DNA of 63,204 nt, filler included, from Folioceros fuciformis (taxonomy: Eukaryota): assembly GCA_049999805.1 (NCBI GenBank). It is 6 parts of 6 records of this genome, joined end to end, with 100 filler letters (N's around TTAATTAATTAA, not from the genome) between each part and the next. Parts side by side here need not be neighbours in the genome. Positions count along the whole stretch, not along the records: positions 16,830 to 39,700 come from JBNGIO010004072.1; 5 more parts are not named here. One strand, written 5' to 3'. Shown one piece after another: positions 24,568 through 35,559 of the stretch. The notes below the pieces were generated by a model. It did not search any database. It was not told the DNA's origin and worked only from the letters and a program-made list of their open reading frames with translations. Numbering within the stretch: the first letter of the stretch is position 1; the number at the start of each line of letters is the position of its first letter. The position numbers and the translations under genes were made by a program.

Positions 24568-26766
24568 TTACCTGCTGTTGGCAGTCTTAGTCTTGCTTAG
24601 ACTTGCGAGCTCCTCTATCAACTTTCTCTCCTCGCTGCTCAAGCGCTTGGGGATCTCCACCTGCACTCGAACCAGCTGGTCCCCACGCAAATTGGGCTTC
24701 CCTAACAGTGGAACTCCCCTTTTGGCCATGACCAAAGTAGTCCCTGGCTGAGTGCCGGCAGGAATCTTCAAATCTACGGCCCCATCAACTGTCCCCACCT
24801 TTGCTGTAGTACCTAGAATAGCATCAATGTAGGAAACCTTGATCGACGTGAGAATGTTGTTCCCGTCACGTTTCAACTCTGGATCCGACTTCACATTTAT
24901 GAACACATACAGGTCTCCCGGAGGACCACCCCTCCTCCCTGCATTCCCCTCAGACCTCACCCGGAGTCGGCTGCCAGAGTCCACACCAGGTGGGACCTTC
25001 AAACTAATCTTCTTAGATTTCCTAACTCGGCCATCCCCATTGCAAGTGTTGCAAGGGCTCACAATTTCTCCTGTGCCCCCGCATGCTGGGCATGTTGAAA
25101 CCTGCCTGAAATCTCCGAGTGGAGTTTGAGCAGTCGACATAACCTGACCTTGGCCACCGCATGTCGAACAAGAACTTGGAGTAGTCCCAGGTTTTGCACC
25201 AGATCCATTACAAGTGTTGCAGGACTCTAGCCGGGTAACTTCTATGTCTCTGTCTGTCCCAAACACGGCATCTCTGAAGTCCAACAGTAAATCGTATCTC
25301 TCATCATCCCCTTGCATTGGCCTATTCCGGGCTGCTCGCNNNNNNNNNNNNNNNNNNNNNNNNNNNNNNNNNNNNNNNNNNNNNNNNNNNNNNNNNNNNN
25401 NNNNNNNNNNNNNNNNNNNNNNNNNNNNNNNNNNNNNNNACCACCCATCCCCCCCATGCTGCCAAAGAACGTCTCGAAAAGATCGAATGGATTGTTGAAG
25501 TCCTGCACATCCAAAGCACGCCAGGTAGTCAGCTAGCAAGCACACATTAAGTATGCCTACTATTGAACAAAAGGAGCAACCCTTGTAAGCCATCAAGAAA
25601 TAGCGGAATGCGCATACCGAGGCTCCTCCCGCACCAGCGCCCTTGAGACCAGCTTCCCCAAACCTATCATAGAGTGATCGCTTCTCATCATCTGACAAAA
25701 CCTGAAACAAAACCGAAGCTGAGAGTGAGGAAACAATCATCGTACCTACCAGCTGCCATTGCAGACAAGCAGTTATGCACCTAACATGTGACACTTAAAA
25801 GTTGGCACAACTAATAAAAATACCTCATACGCATTACTGATTTCCTTGAACTTCTGCTCCGCTCCTGGGTCTCTGCGAAATCCCACGGCAATCAACGACG
25901 TGAGATAAACCACTTCAGAGGACACAAGGTCTTTCACAGCGACTGCAAATAGAACTCCTGTGCTAGTCTCAGCCGACTGCCCCAAAGCAGACCACTCACT
26001 TGTTCACGTCGGGATGATACTGCCTTGCAAGCTTCCTGTAAGCTGTTATGGACAAAACCAAGTTCCGTCAGGCATTCACGTCCCTAACCAGTAAATTAGC
26101 CATATGAGCAGCTACACCTCTCCTGCCAAAAAAAGGGACCTTACCGCTTTTAATATCCGACTTGTCCGCATTTTTGTTGACACCAAGCACAGAATAGAAG
26201 TCCTGCAACGTACCGAAGGCGTTGGAATAAAGAGAAATGTTCACACATCGAGACGACAGCATGACCAAAGCTCAGCACACGGGTCATCGAGTTCGATTCA
26301 GACAAGCAGAACGGCGACACGAGACCGGAGCAAGTACCGCGCCAGCTGACACGAGGAGCCTAGAATTCCTTGTACGCCGTCCTCGCCCTGGACGCGAGAC
26401 TGACAACAGAAGAGCTCCGGATGCCATAAACTCGCTGCTCGAACCCTCAATGCCATAACTGCGCCTGCTGGATGATAACCATAAGCCTAGGTCATGGGTC
26501 AACACCAACACCCTCGTTTCTGGCCACAGTCTCTCGGAACCATGAAATCCAAAGCAGGATGGAAGCTGCCATATACTGAGCAGGGAATCCACAATCCACA
26601 AGTTTGCGGCAAACAGGTGCCACCAAAATCCCGCATTCTTGTACCTGCTCTGCGAGAAGGGAACAGCGCGGGGAAGAGAGGAGGAGGTGCTGGGCGCGCG
26701 TTGCCACACAGCCTCAAGCGGTGGTGCCTGCTGTATCGGCCTGGCTACTCCCAAGGCTCTGGCCAT
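24568..26766 (-). CDS. Chloroplast type-A DnaJ chaperone (J domain, G/F region, Zn finger, C-terminal domain)
   Basis: Exons 26766-26645, 26464-26338, 26202-26145, 26042-26000, 25872-25824, 25701-25618, 25502-24568 (N gap in the G-rich part). Contains [14 protein letters not shown], four CxxCxGxG repeats and a transit-like N-terminus. Confidence 0.93.
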
Positions 26767-27961
26767 GGTCTGCGTAAGCACGGTGGAAATTCAATCCCTG
26801 CTGAGTCGGATGATGAAACCTCGTCCCCGCCGACGTCCAGTCCAGGACAGTCGAGCCCTCGCAGGCCCCAGCAACTGGGATTGGCGACCGATGCTCCAGA
26901 GCGTCGTGATCGGAAAGTGTACAGAATCCCCGAGCTGGAGTATGCGGGGTCTCGGCCACCGGCTGGGCCGGTCGGTCGTCGGCAACGCATTAGGGTTCTC
27001 AGATATTTGGCGTTGGCACGCTGACAGTAACGACGGATTTCAGGGCCGGTGGTGGCCACGAAGCGGCCCAGGCAGGGTGAAGTAGATGCCTCTAGAAGCT
27101 CGCACCGGTTGCAGGCGGTAGAAGCCCTAGACCGTGGCTCAGGAGCAGCGGGTGGCGCACAACTTTCCATGTGGCACTGTGGCCATGTCACTGGCCAAGT
27201 GGATTGGAGAGGGTTTCCGTTTCCGAGTGTGCATCCTGAAGCTTGTGGTCGCTCTGGATGGCGTGCTGAGATGGTCAGCGGAGGCAGATGTTACAGTTTT
27301 GGAAGGCTACAGAGGAACTCAGCTTAGAAGCTTGCTTGAAGCCAACGTGAGTAGTTCCAGGAACTGTTGCCAATGACCATCCTATTACGTAGCTGCAGGC
27401 CTTCTGCTACGTAGCTCCAAGAACTGCGAGCAATGAAGATCCTTCTATGTATATCCAAGGCCGTTGTCAAGCAAGATCGGCTGCAAGATGCGCTGAAAGC
27501 TAAAGGATGTCCAGGCTCTCCTCGTCATACATTTCTCCGCATAAACCTTCATCGGACTTACCACAGCATCAACTCCAGTAGCTTTGCACATGGACAGACA
27601 AAAGAAGTCGGGAACTGTAGCTTGGAAGAAGCTCCTGTCCTCACACAGGACGTTGTGAAGCAGGTACAAGGCCGATTGGCCACGCGCTCTAGGAGAGCCG
27701 TCACCGGGAAACGTCACGAAAGCTGTTGTACGAACTTGGACCTACAATTCCGAGCAGAAACCCTAGCCAGTGAGTGAGCTCTGTTGAGGACAATCCACAT
27801 CTGATCCAAGGGGCCGAGGAGGCGCGAGGGACTAAGGTATCTTGAACAGCAACTCTCCACATTAGGGTCGTTCGGAAACGTCCAATCCAGTGAAGCCAGA
27901 ACCCGCCAGGCACGTAGCCGCTGGTTCCTTACAGACATCGCCAAATGGCCGGTAAAAGTAA

Positions 27962-27969
27962 CCACGTGG
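27962..27969. promoter_or_regulatory. Palindromic G-box/ABRE CCACGTGG upstream of ELIP
   Basis: Exact motif ~540 bp before the ELIP ATG. Other ACGT cores lie near 27911 and 28072, with TATAAAT at 28212. Confidence 0.45.
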
Positions 27970-28509
27970 CTGTGTTACTGTCTCAGGTTTCACTTCCGCA
28001 GGCGAAGCGCGCGCATGGAAGAAACAACTGGTTCGCCGTGAATTTTCGACGTCGACAAGCTCGGCAATTTAGACGTGGGATGCGGGCTTGAGAGCCACGC
28101 AGCATCTGCCGCCAGATCCCTTGCTGCTCGATCAGCGCGCGATGTATCATTCTTCGACACATCGAGAGCTACTTATTGCAGACTTCAAGAGCGCCATGTC
28201 GTACGAGCGGGTATAAATCAGCATCCCCGACCTCTAGAATCTCATTCTGTTTCTTCAGCTCCTCTACATTTTGTACATTCAGTCCGCACTGAATTGTTGT
28301 ACAAGTACAGTTGCTACAGGTTGGTCGCATCTTTGCCTCAGTTTCTTTTTAATCTTTCGTTCTTGTCCGTCGTCTTTGAGGAACTCTTGTCTCAGCATGC
28401 ACTCACGGCGGTGAACATTGCTTTCTTTCCCTCATTGAAGCCTGCCGCATTGTGCATGTGACTCAGCTAGCGAGCCAGGAGCGGCAAAGACGACGTCCAC
28501 TTCTACGAA

Positions 28510-29208
28510 ATGGCAACAGCAACGATGGCAATCACCCGCGCAACCTTCGTCCCTGCCAGCGTCAGCAGCAGCATGAGCAGTCGCACCTTCCAGTACAAAG
28601 GCCTTCCACAGCTGGCGCCTCGGCGTCAGGCCAGGATCGGTGGCATCCGGTGCGAGACCAGACCGAATGTGACGGGTCCGTTGACGGAATTGCGGGAGAA
28701 CGTGGACAGGGCAACCAAGCGCGAGATCACGAGGGAGGAGATTTTGCGCAACCAAGAGACGAATGAGTCAGAGCAACGGTCTGTGATGGGCGCTCGACCG
28801 ACAAGTGGCGCTCCCTACCCCCGCCCGGAGATTGAGCGCCGCCCGGAAACTGGCGACCGGTCCTTCACCAGCGTGTTTGCCTTCGACGGCGCTGCACCCG
28901 AGACTATCAACGGGCGTATGGCCATGGTGGGGTTTGTGTGGGCCTTGGTGGCTGAGAAACTCACGGGCTTCACAGTGGTAGAGCAGGTGTTCAACCCCTA
29001 CAGTTCTGGCCTTGTCTTCTTCATTGCCACCGTGCAAGTCTTCACCTATGCGTCGCTGGTTCCAATTGTGAACGGAGAATCGACCGACGCCAGAAGTTGG
29101 GGTCCCTTCAACGCTCGCGCAGAACGCTGGAACGGCCGCCTCGCCATGATCGGCTTCGTGGCCCTCCTCATCGACGAGGCCATCCGTCAAGGTCCCTTAA
29201 TGCACTAG
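28510..29208 (+). CDS. ELIP: Early light-induced protein (LHC superfamily), single coding exon
   Basis: Two LHC motifs, FAFDGAAPETINGRMAMVGF and AERWNGRLAMIGF, plus ASLVP and a transit-like N-terminus. Confidence 0.93.
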   Translation: MATATMAITRATFVPASVSSSMSSRTFQYKGLPQLAPRRQARIGGIRCETRPNVTGPLTELRENVDRATKREITREEILRNQETNESEQRSVMGARPTSGAPYPRPEIERRPETGDRSFTSVFAFDGAAPETINGRMAMVGFVWALVAEKLTGFTVVEQVFNPYSSGLVFFIATVQVFTYASLVPIVNGESTDARSWGPFNARAERWNGRLAMIGFVALLIDEAIRQGPLMH

Positions 29209-29568
29209 ACCGCTTGGGTTTTCAACATCTCCAGATTGAGCTTTGTACAAAGCAAACAGCTGTCTGTTTTTGTTACAGATGGGAATACCACACTGTGAGT
29301 GTGCGTGTTATATGTTTATAATAGTGTTATATGTATTTACAAACTAGGCACTTAGCATGCGAAGTTTAATATCACTACCTACTTACCTAAGATGTTAGCA
29401 CAAATCGTAACTGAAACATGCACGTTGTCCCGGTTTCCTCCCTTGGTGGTAAAGGTACGGCCGTTTTTCTGGTAGCAACCAGTCTGCGGATGTTTTTCTT
29501 GCACCGTTTAAGCGGAATGAGCGTAGGATCTGTCAGGCCTGGCAGTCCGCGCAATCGAGACAGGTGAT

Positions 29569-32500
29569 ATGCAATCGGAGGAAAGCGATGCGAGCAATCC
29601 GGAAGTGGAAGAGTCTGCAAGCACTGCACTGCTGACTAGCGCATTACATTTGCCGGCCCGGGGAGATGATGATTCCGATAGAGAGGAAAATTCGTTGTCG
29701 GGCAACGTCGAGGATAGGCCGGCCCGTGGCCAGGATGTAGCGGAAGATGAAGCAGTCGAGGATGGTGAAGACAGGGAAAGAGTGGAAGCACCCGCTGCCC
29801 CGGCGATGCCTGATGGTGGATGCGGGGAGAGCCGCGGTTCTGCTGCTACGCACATGCCGGAAGAAGCGGTTTTGGGAGAGGACGAGGGCGGGGAGGGGAA
29901 GAGTTGGGAAGCTGCCTCTGTGGCGACGGCAGTTGACGGAGTGTATGGTGAGGAACCGCCTCCGGCAGTGGTAGTGGGCGCGGATGGTGTGGCCCCTGGT
30001 GACCAGCCACAGGATCAAACCTCCGAGTCTGGGATTCTAAAAACTGTAGCAACTGAGGAGGCGGAGCAGGTCTCGGATGGTTCGTCGTCGGATGCGCCGT
30101 CATCTGTTCAAGGCCGTCAGCAGAAGGAATCCTCAACCACGGGCGTGGTTGGACTGGTTGGGGAGGAAGTGCCGGATGAGTCGGCGAGTGATGATATCAA
30201 GAAATCGTCTGCGAACTCCGAGGATTGGAGAAATGTGGACGTACATGTGTACACCAGACGAGCGCGGACAGTGGTGGCGGCCTTGTGCTCCGTTTTGGGA
30301 TTGACGAGCTTTATTTTGAGCACTGTGCTGACATACCAGATTGCGCTTCCTGGGATTCAGCATGTGTTCTTCAAGGCAAGTGCTCGGTTGACATACGTAT
30401 GACCAGTTTGTCCATCTCGTTCTGGATGTTCTAATGAGCAGAACTACGCACAGTGCTCTGCCTCACCTGACTGGTTCAAGTGCCCTTTTACTTGTTGCAG
30501 AGTCTTACCATCAGCAATGCGACGGAAGGTTTCCGCACCTCGCAGGTCTTGCCTGGCTTGTACAAGAGCTGGTACTTCTGGAACATCACAAACCCCAGCA
30601 ACTATTTGAAGGGGACTGAACCTCCCAGCCTAGAGCAGGTTGGATCTCCACATATGTTCAGCACATGTCTGTATCCGGCGCTTGCAAGTATAGGACTAGA
30701 CGCTTTGGAGGAAATGATTGTCACTTGTTTAAGTTCTGAGTACTGAGTTTTGTTAGTGCTTCACCAATCAAGTAGCAGGTTGGTCCCTACACAATGCAGC
30801 AGGTTGTGAAGGTAACAGCAGTGAGCTTCTCCAGGCAGCAAGATGAGGTCTTCAGATCAACTGTGGTGTATGGAGTGTACGATGCTGACAAGTCCTGTGC
30901 AACCTGCTCCCTGGATGATTCAGTTACTGTCGTGAACGAAATTTTCATGGCTACCATGGCCTCCCTTAATACTACTGACATAGAGCTGCTGCGTACTTTT
31001 GTTCCTGGTCTCATTACTGACGCCTTGCAACACATCGAGGGTGCTGACTCTCTTTCATATTGTAGTCTTCAGGTCATTTCCACAGTTTCCTAGCATTCTT
31101 CCAACTTCTTGTCATCTTTGTTGATGAGCGCAGAAGCAGGGACAGCTTTCACCTAACATGTCCCTCGTTTCACCTTGTAGGCTACCTTACCAAACAAGGA
31201 AAAACGCCGGCTGCTGCCAAAACACAAGCTCTTCAGCAGTTTCGGGATTGTTCGGTACTGAAAGGAAAATCAATTCGAACTGTTGATCCTACTTACAAAT
31301 GGCAGCAATTCCCTCCCGAGTACTGTGCCTGGGCCAAGTTCAAGAACATAAAGTTCGCTCCCCTTGTCATGAATGACACCGAATTCAAGTTTTTCATGTC
31401 ATTGGTCTTTTCAGGCCAACCTGACTCCGTGTCTAGTATTCTCAGGACCATCAACCCTGAGCTTGGTTTCTTCCGCAACTTGAGTTGGCTCGGCTATCAG
31501 CTCTCCATTGGTATCCTGGAGTACCTTAACTACATGACAAGCAACCCTGCAAAGGCGTTGTTTACTGAGGCCGTAATCAACAACAATGGTGGCCTCATTA
31601 TCACTCGACCTGTGAAGGAACTGCTATATGGTTATTATGACCCTTGGCTCCAGTTCATCTACGGAAACGGCAGCGATACAGCATGGGTGACACAGATACA
31701 CAGCCAAGACGCAGTGGAGAAGCCAACACGACCGTTTCCTGAAGCTCAGGGACGCATGGGCATCAAGACGGGAGCTGTTGACATCTCGAAGCTGTATTGG
31801 ATCACCCAGCAGGGCACAGTGATGAAAACGTCCCCAGCTGCTTTCAATGCCAGAGTGGTGCAATGGGAGTATGGGAATGTCACTGTTGAAGCATCCAGTG
31901 GACTCTGTTTTGGGCCACTCAAAGTGGTAAGGGGGCAGAATGTGACCATGTGGTTGGATAACTGGTTGCGGCACGTGACCCTTCAATATGTTGGAGTTGG
32001 CCACGTCCATGGCTTGGCAACATACAAATACACGCTGGATCTTTCTTCCCTCGATGTCTGTCATGCTACTCCTCCTCTCAGGTATGTTTACACCTCTGTT
32101 GCGGTTCATGAATTTTGATTTTTGAAGATGACAGAGCTACCATCCAAATCAGCATAAATGTCATCAGCTGGGATGTGTCATTGCGTTCAGTCAGTTTCAG
32201 AAAAACGTACAGGCATGTTGGCACAAAAAGGCTACTGTCAAGAGAGCTGACAGAGTAAGTGGACAGACAGACATAGATTGATGGTCTTGCCCACGGGCTC
32301 AACAGGATTACACACACAGAAGGTCCTTGTATGTATCCCAATAGATACCGTGGTCTTATCAACATGAGCCGATTCCAGGATGCTGTCTTTCAGACACTTC
32401 CACATTTCTATGGTGCTGACCCTCACGTTGCTGCCACTTTGGGGTACAATTCACAAGCCATGCAACCTGATGAGCGTTATAATCTTACCATGGATATCGA

Positions 32501-34163
32501 GCCTTCCTTCGGCGCGAGCGTAAATCTCTCATTATGGTTTCAGAAAGTTTTCCAGGTTAAGAGGATGACTCTCCTGTATCCAAGTCTCTGGCTCCTTCAA
32601 AGTAAAAGTTCGGGACCGTTCTCAGATTCCGTCTGGATTCCTCACAGTTATTACCACATTGAAGTAAGTTTACAATTTGTTTCTGCTCGACAGCTCTAGG
32701 ATTCACTCTGCCGTAGGTGCGCAATGTAAAACCGCAACAATGTTTGCTGGCACTTGACAGGCCACAGCCAACAAATCCGTTTGCGATGCACTGTCTGCTG
32801 GCACATCGATCTTCTCCGCAGTTGTCTTCTTCATGATAAACTTCGTTCCATTCGTATCTGTAGGCTGCATTGTCTGCGGTCTTCAATGCCTGTGGCGGAG
32901 AAGGCAAATGAAACTGTGCTACATGATTTGCCTTGAGGTACAAGCTTGAGTGTCCTTGATGATCTTTCCTGTTCCCACGAAGGTCTTTCCGACAAAGGGA
33001 AGTTATCTAATTGTCTTCCGTGATCTCATCAGGGTAAAACCGAGGATGCTGAACCCCCCGAGCTGATAACTGCGGTTGTGATGGATCCGACGCGTCTTCG
33101 AGAGTTTCTCGCTGGGCAGAACCGAATAGAAGCAAGGCAGAAAGCAGAGCTGAGCTGGCGACGATTCAATGAGCATATATCCGAACATAGCCGCGACCAT
33201 GAAAGGATCAAGAAGCAACATGCAGAACACCGAAACTCCGTTAGAGAAGAGCGAGAAGCTCGAGAGAAGGCAACAAGTGCAGCTTTGGAGGAACAGGCTC
33301 GAAAGGATGGTTTGAAAGAAGCTGTTTCTGCAGGCGAGCTTGAGCAAACTCGGGAAACAGGCGAAGAGCGGAGCAATTTGAGGGCACATGCAGTCTCTTT
33401 AATAGAGTCCGACGAACCCTTTACAAAGGGACAGTTAAAGTTATCGACGGCAGTCTCAAAGCAGCCATTGCGTGCCCTGGGGGAGGAAGGCTACACAAGT
33501 CCTCGGGAAGGTGGTACAGAGTGGTCAAGGACAGCTTCTCTGTTTGAAACTAGTGGCCCTGACGGCCGTTCAGTGATGGAATGGTCAAGAACTGCTTCCG
33601 TGATTGAAGCTTCGGGTTCAGACACACACGACAGCAGAGAATGGTCGAGGACTTTCTCCACCGTCGAAGCAGAGGATTCGAGCCATGATGTCATCACACA
33701 CTGGTCTAGAACAGCATCACTCATTGAAGCAGAGGAAGGCAGACTCCAGAGGCGCTTCAGATCAACCCAGGGACCAAGATTATGGATGCCATCAACCACA
33801 CCCATTCCTGAATCAAGGGTCGAGTTGCTGGAAGAACCAGATCCTGAACCACAGAGTGAGCCAGCTCCTGAACCGCAGCGTGAGCCAGATCCTGAACCGC
33901 AGCGTGAGCCAGATCCTGAACCACAACGTGATCCAGACCCTGAGCCACATCGTGAGCCAGGCCCTCAGCCACATCTTGAGCCACACCCTGAGCCAAATCG
34001 TGAGCCAGACTCTGAACCAAATCGTGAGCCAGATCCTCAAGCAGACCCTGAATCAAATTCTGGACTCAACAGTGGGCCAATATCCGAACCCGATCAGGAA
34101 CCGTCTGACAAACATGGTGCCCAACAAGATGCCGGCAAGAAGGTGACTTTCGCAGAAGACTGA
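29569..34163 (+). CDS. CD36 / scavenger receptor class B / LIMP-2 family two-TM protein (~1257 aa)
   Basis: Exons 29569-30375, 30501-30638, 30779-31040, 31181-32081, 32306-32663, 32761-32937, 33033-34163 total 3774 nt in frame. Motifs YFWNITNP..Y..G..P.LEQVGPY, ITRPVKELLYGYYDP, KTGAVDISK, GLINMS, LPHFYGADP and DIEPSFG lie between two hydrophobic helices. Confidence 0.87.
33519..33730 (+). repeat. Four 60-bp coding repeats (WSRTxS motif) in the CD36 C-tail
   Basis: EWSRTASLFE / EWSRTASVIE / EWSRTFSTVE / HWSRTASLIE at 20-aa spacing. Confidence 0.85.
33834..34055 (+). repeat. 24-bp coding minisatellite encoding EPDPEPQR-type repeats
   Basis: About 9 gagccagatcctgaaccgcagcgt-like units in tandem. 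Confidence 0.9.
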
Positions 34164-34554
34164 GTCACTGACAAGTAACACAGGCACCCCAAAGAAACGA
34201 GTGTGCCATTGCACGAGGTCACATGATCCGGCAACAACACTCATCAAATGCAATGGGCCCTAACCAGGTATTTGATTGCATCCCAAATATCCGTACTTGG
34301 TTGTGCGTTACCGGTAACCTTCTCGATCAGGTGACTGACTCTACCCGCTCTCATCTCTCGGTACCAGAGGACCAGTTGGAGCAGACTCTTGATACAGCAT
34401 TGGGTTGCATGATGGGGAGCAAACTTCTCCAAACGCCACTGTCATATGCACATGCACAGGGACCTGGAAAACTAGCATGTGAGCTCAAGAGTGCTACGTT
34501 GTGTACAAAGAGAATTGCCTCCCTCCCTTGCACACCCGCAAGCTGTTGTCGCAA

Positions 34555-35074
34555 CTAGGACCATGTAATGAATCTGGTAGCCAGCCTTATACGGTGCGAT
34601 GCCAATCTGGTAGCTTCCTGAGCAAGCGGCGCACTCACACCATCAAGTTCGAAGAGCACTTGCCCTTGCTTCACCCGAGCAATACAACCCGTGGGGTTTC
34701 CTTTCCCTTTCCCCATCCGCACCTCCGTGGGCTTGGCAGTGATGGGAATATCCGCAACCACCCGCAACCATATCTGACCGCTTCTCTTGAGCTTCCGGCT
34801 CATCACCCTCCGCGCTGCCTCAATGGCCTCGTAAGAGATCCTGCCTGGCTCGCGACTAACCAGTCCGAACTTCCCGAAAGCTAGGCGAGTGCCATCCCCC
34901 TTGATGCCGTCACACCTGCCCTTGTGGACTTTGGCACGCATGATCTGCATTCCACCGTGAGCACCGCGTAACCTGCATATCTCAAGTGAAAAATACCAAT
35001 CGCAAAGCAATCCATCACCACATTTCCCTTACCGATTTCAGGTGCGCCAAAGCTTTAGGCCCTCCCGCAGCCAT
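34555..35074 (-). CDS. rpl16: Ribosomal protein uL16, mitochondrial type, nuclear-encoded with one intron
   Basis: Exons 35074-35033 and 34944-34555: KGRC.G.K.DGT.L.FGK.G....PGRISYEAIEAARR...GQIWLRV.ADIPITAKPTEVRMGKGKGNPTG.IARV..GQVLFE.DGVS, close to land-plant mitochondrial Rpl16. Confidence 0.88.
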
Positions 35075-35351
35075 CGCCGATCTTTGATTCCTCCCACTTA
35101 CTCCGCAGTCACTTGTTGCCCTAACTAAGGCACAAGCTCAACGTTCATGCGATGTCTGGGCACGTGCAGTCGTTTAGAGACGTCGTCGCCACTCTACATA
35201 CATACAGATAGTGTCGAGATTCCGATTTACAGGCTGCCGCACTACGCCCAGGTAACCACTCGTAGTTTTAGTTTTAAATACTTTCCAGCCTATCGTCCTC
35301 CAGGGCCCGGGAAAAGTTTTGTTCTCTCGACTCCCAGCATAAACCTAAATA

Positions 35352-35397
35352 ATGCTCGGCCAAGAACTTTGGGAGCCCAAAGTTCTTTGCCGAGCAT
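35352..35397. repeat. 22-bp near-perfect inverted repeat (2-nt loop)
   Basis: atgctcggccaagaactttggg-ag-cccaaagttctttgccgagcat, with one mismatch. Confidence 0.9.
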
Positions 35398-35559
35398 AGA
35401 AAACGGAAACGGACATTTTGTCGGAAGAGGTATAAGTTTGACTCTTGCTATTTCATCCTAAAGAGGAATTAAGGGCCAGCCCGCTCAAACTTGAACACCG
35501 TTTATCCGCCCGCTTTGCTTCCGTCCAAGCGATCTGAAATGTCATGAGAATATGGACAG

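Noticed and set aside
18017-35074. Functional gene cluster for light or plastid stress (PUBS, DnaJ, ELIP, PP2C, CD36)
   Set aside because: Unrelated genes (CASPL, rpl16) are interspersed and orientations are mixed. Adjacency in a compact genome is expected by chance; no evidence without co-expression or synteny.
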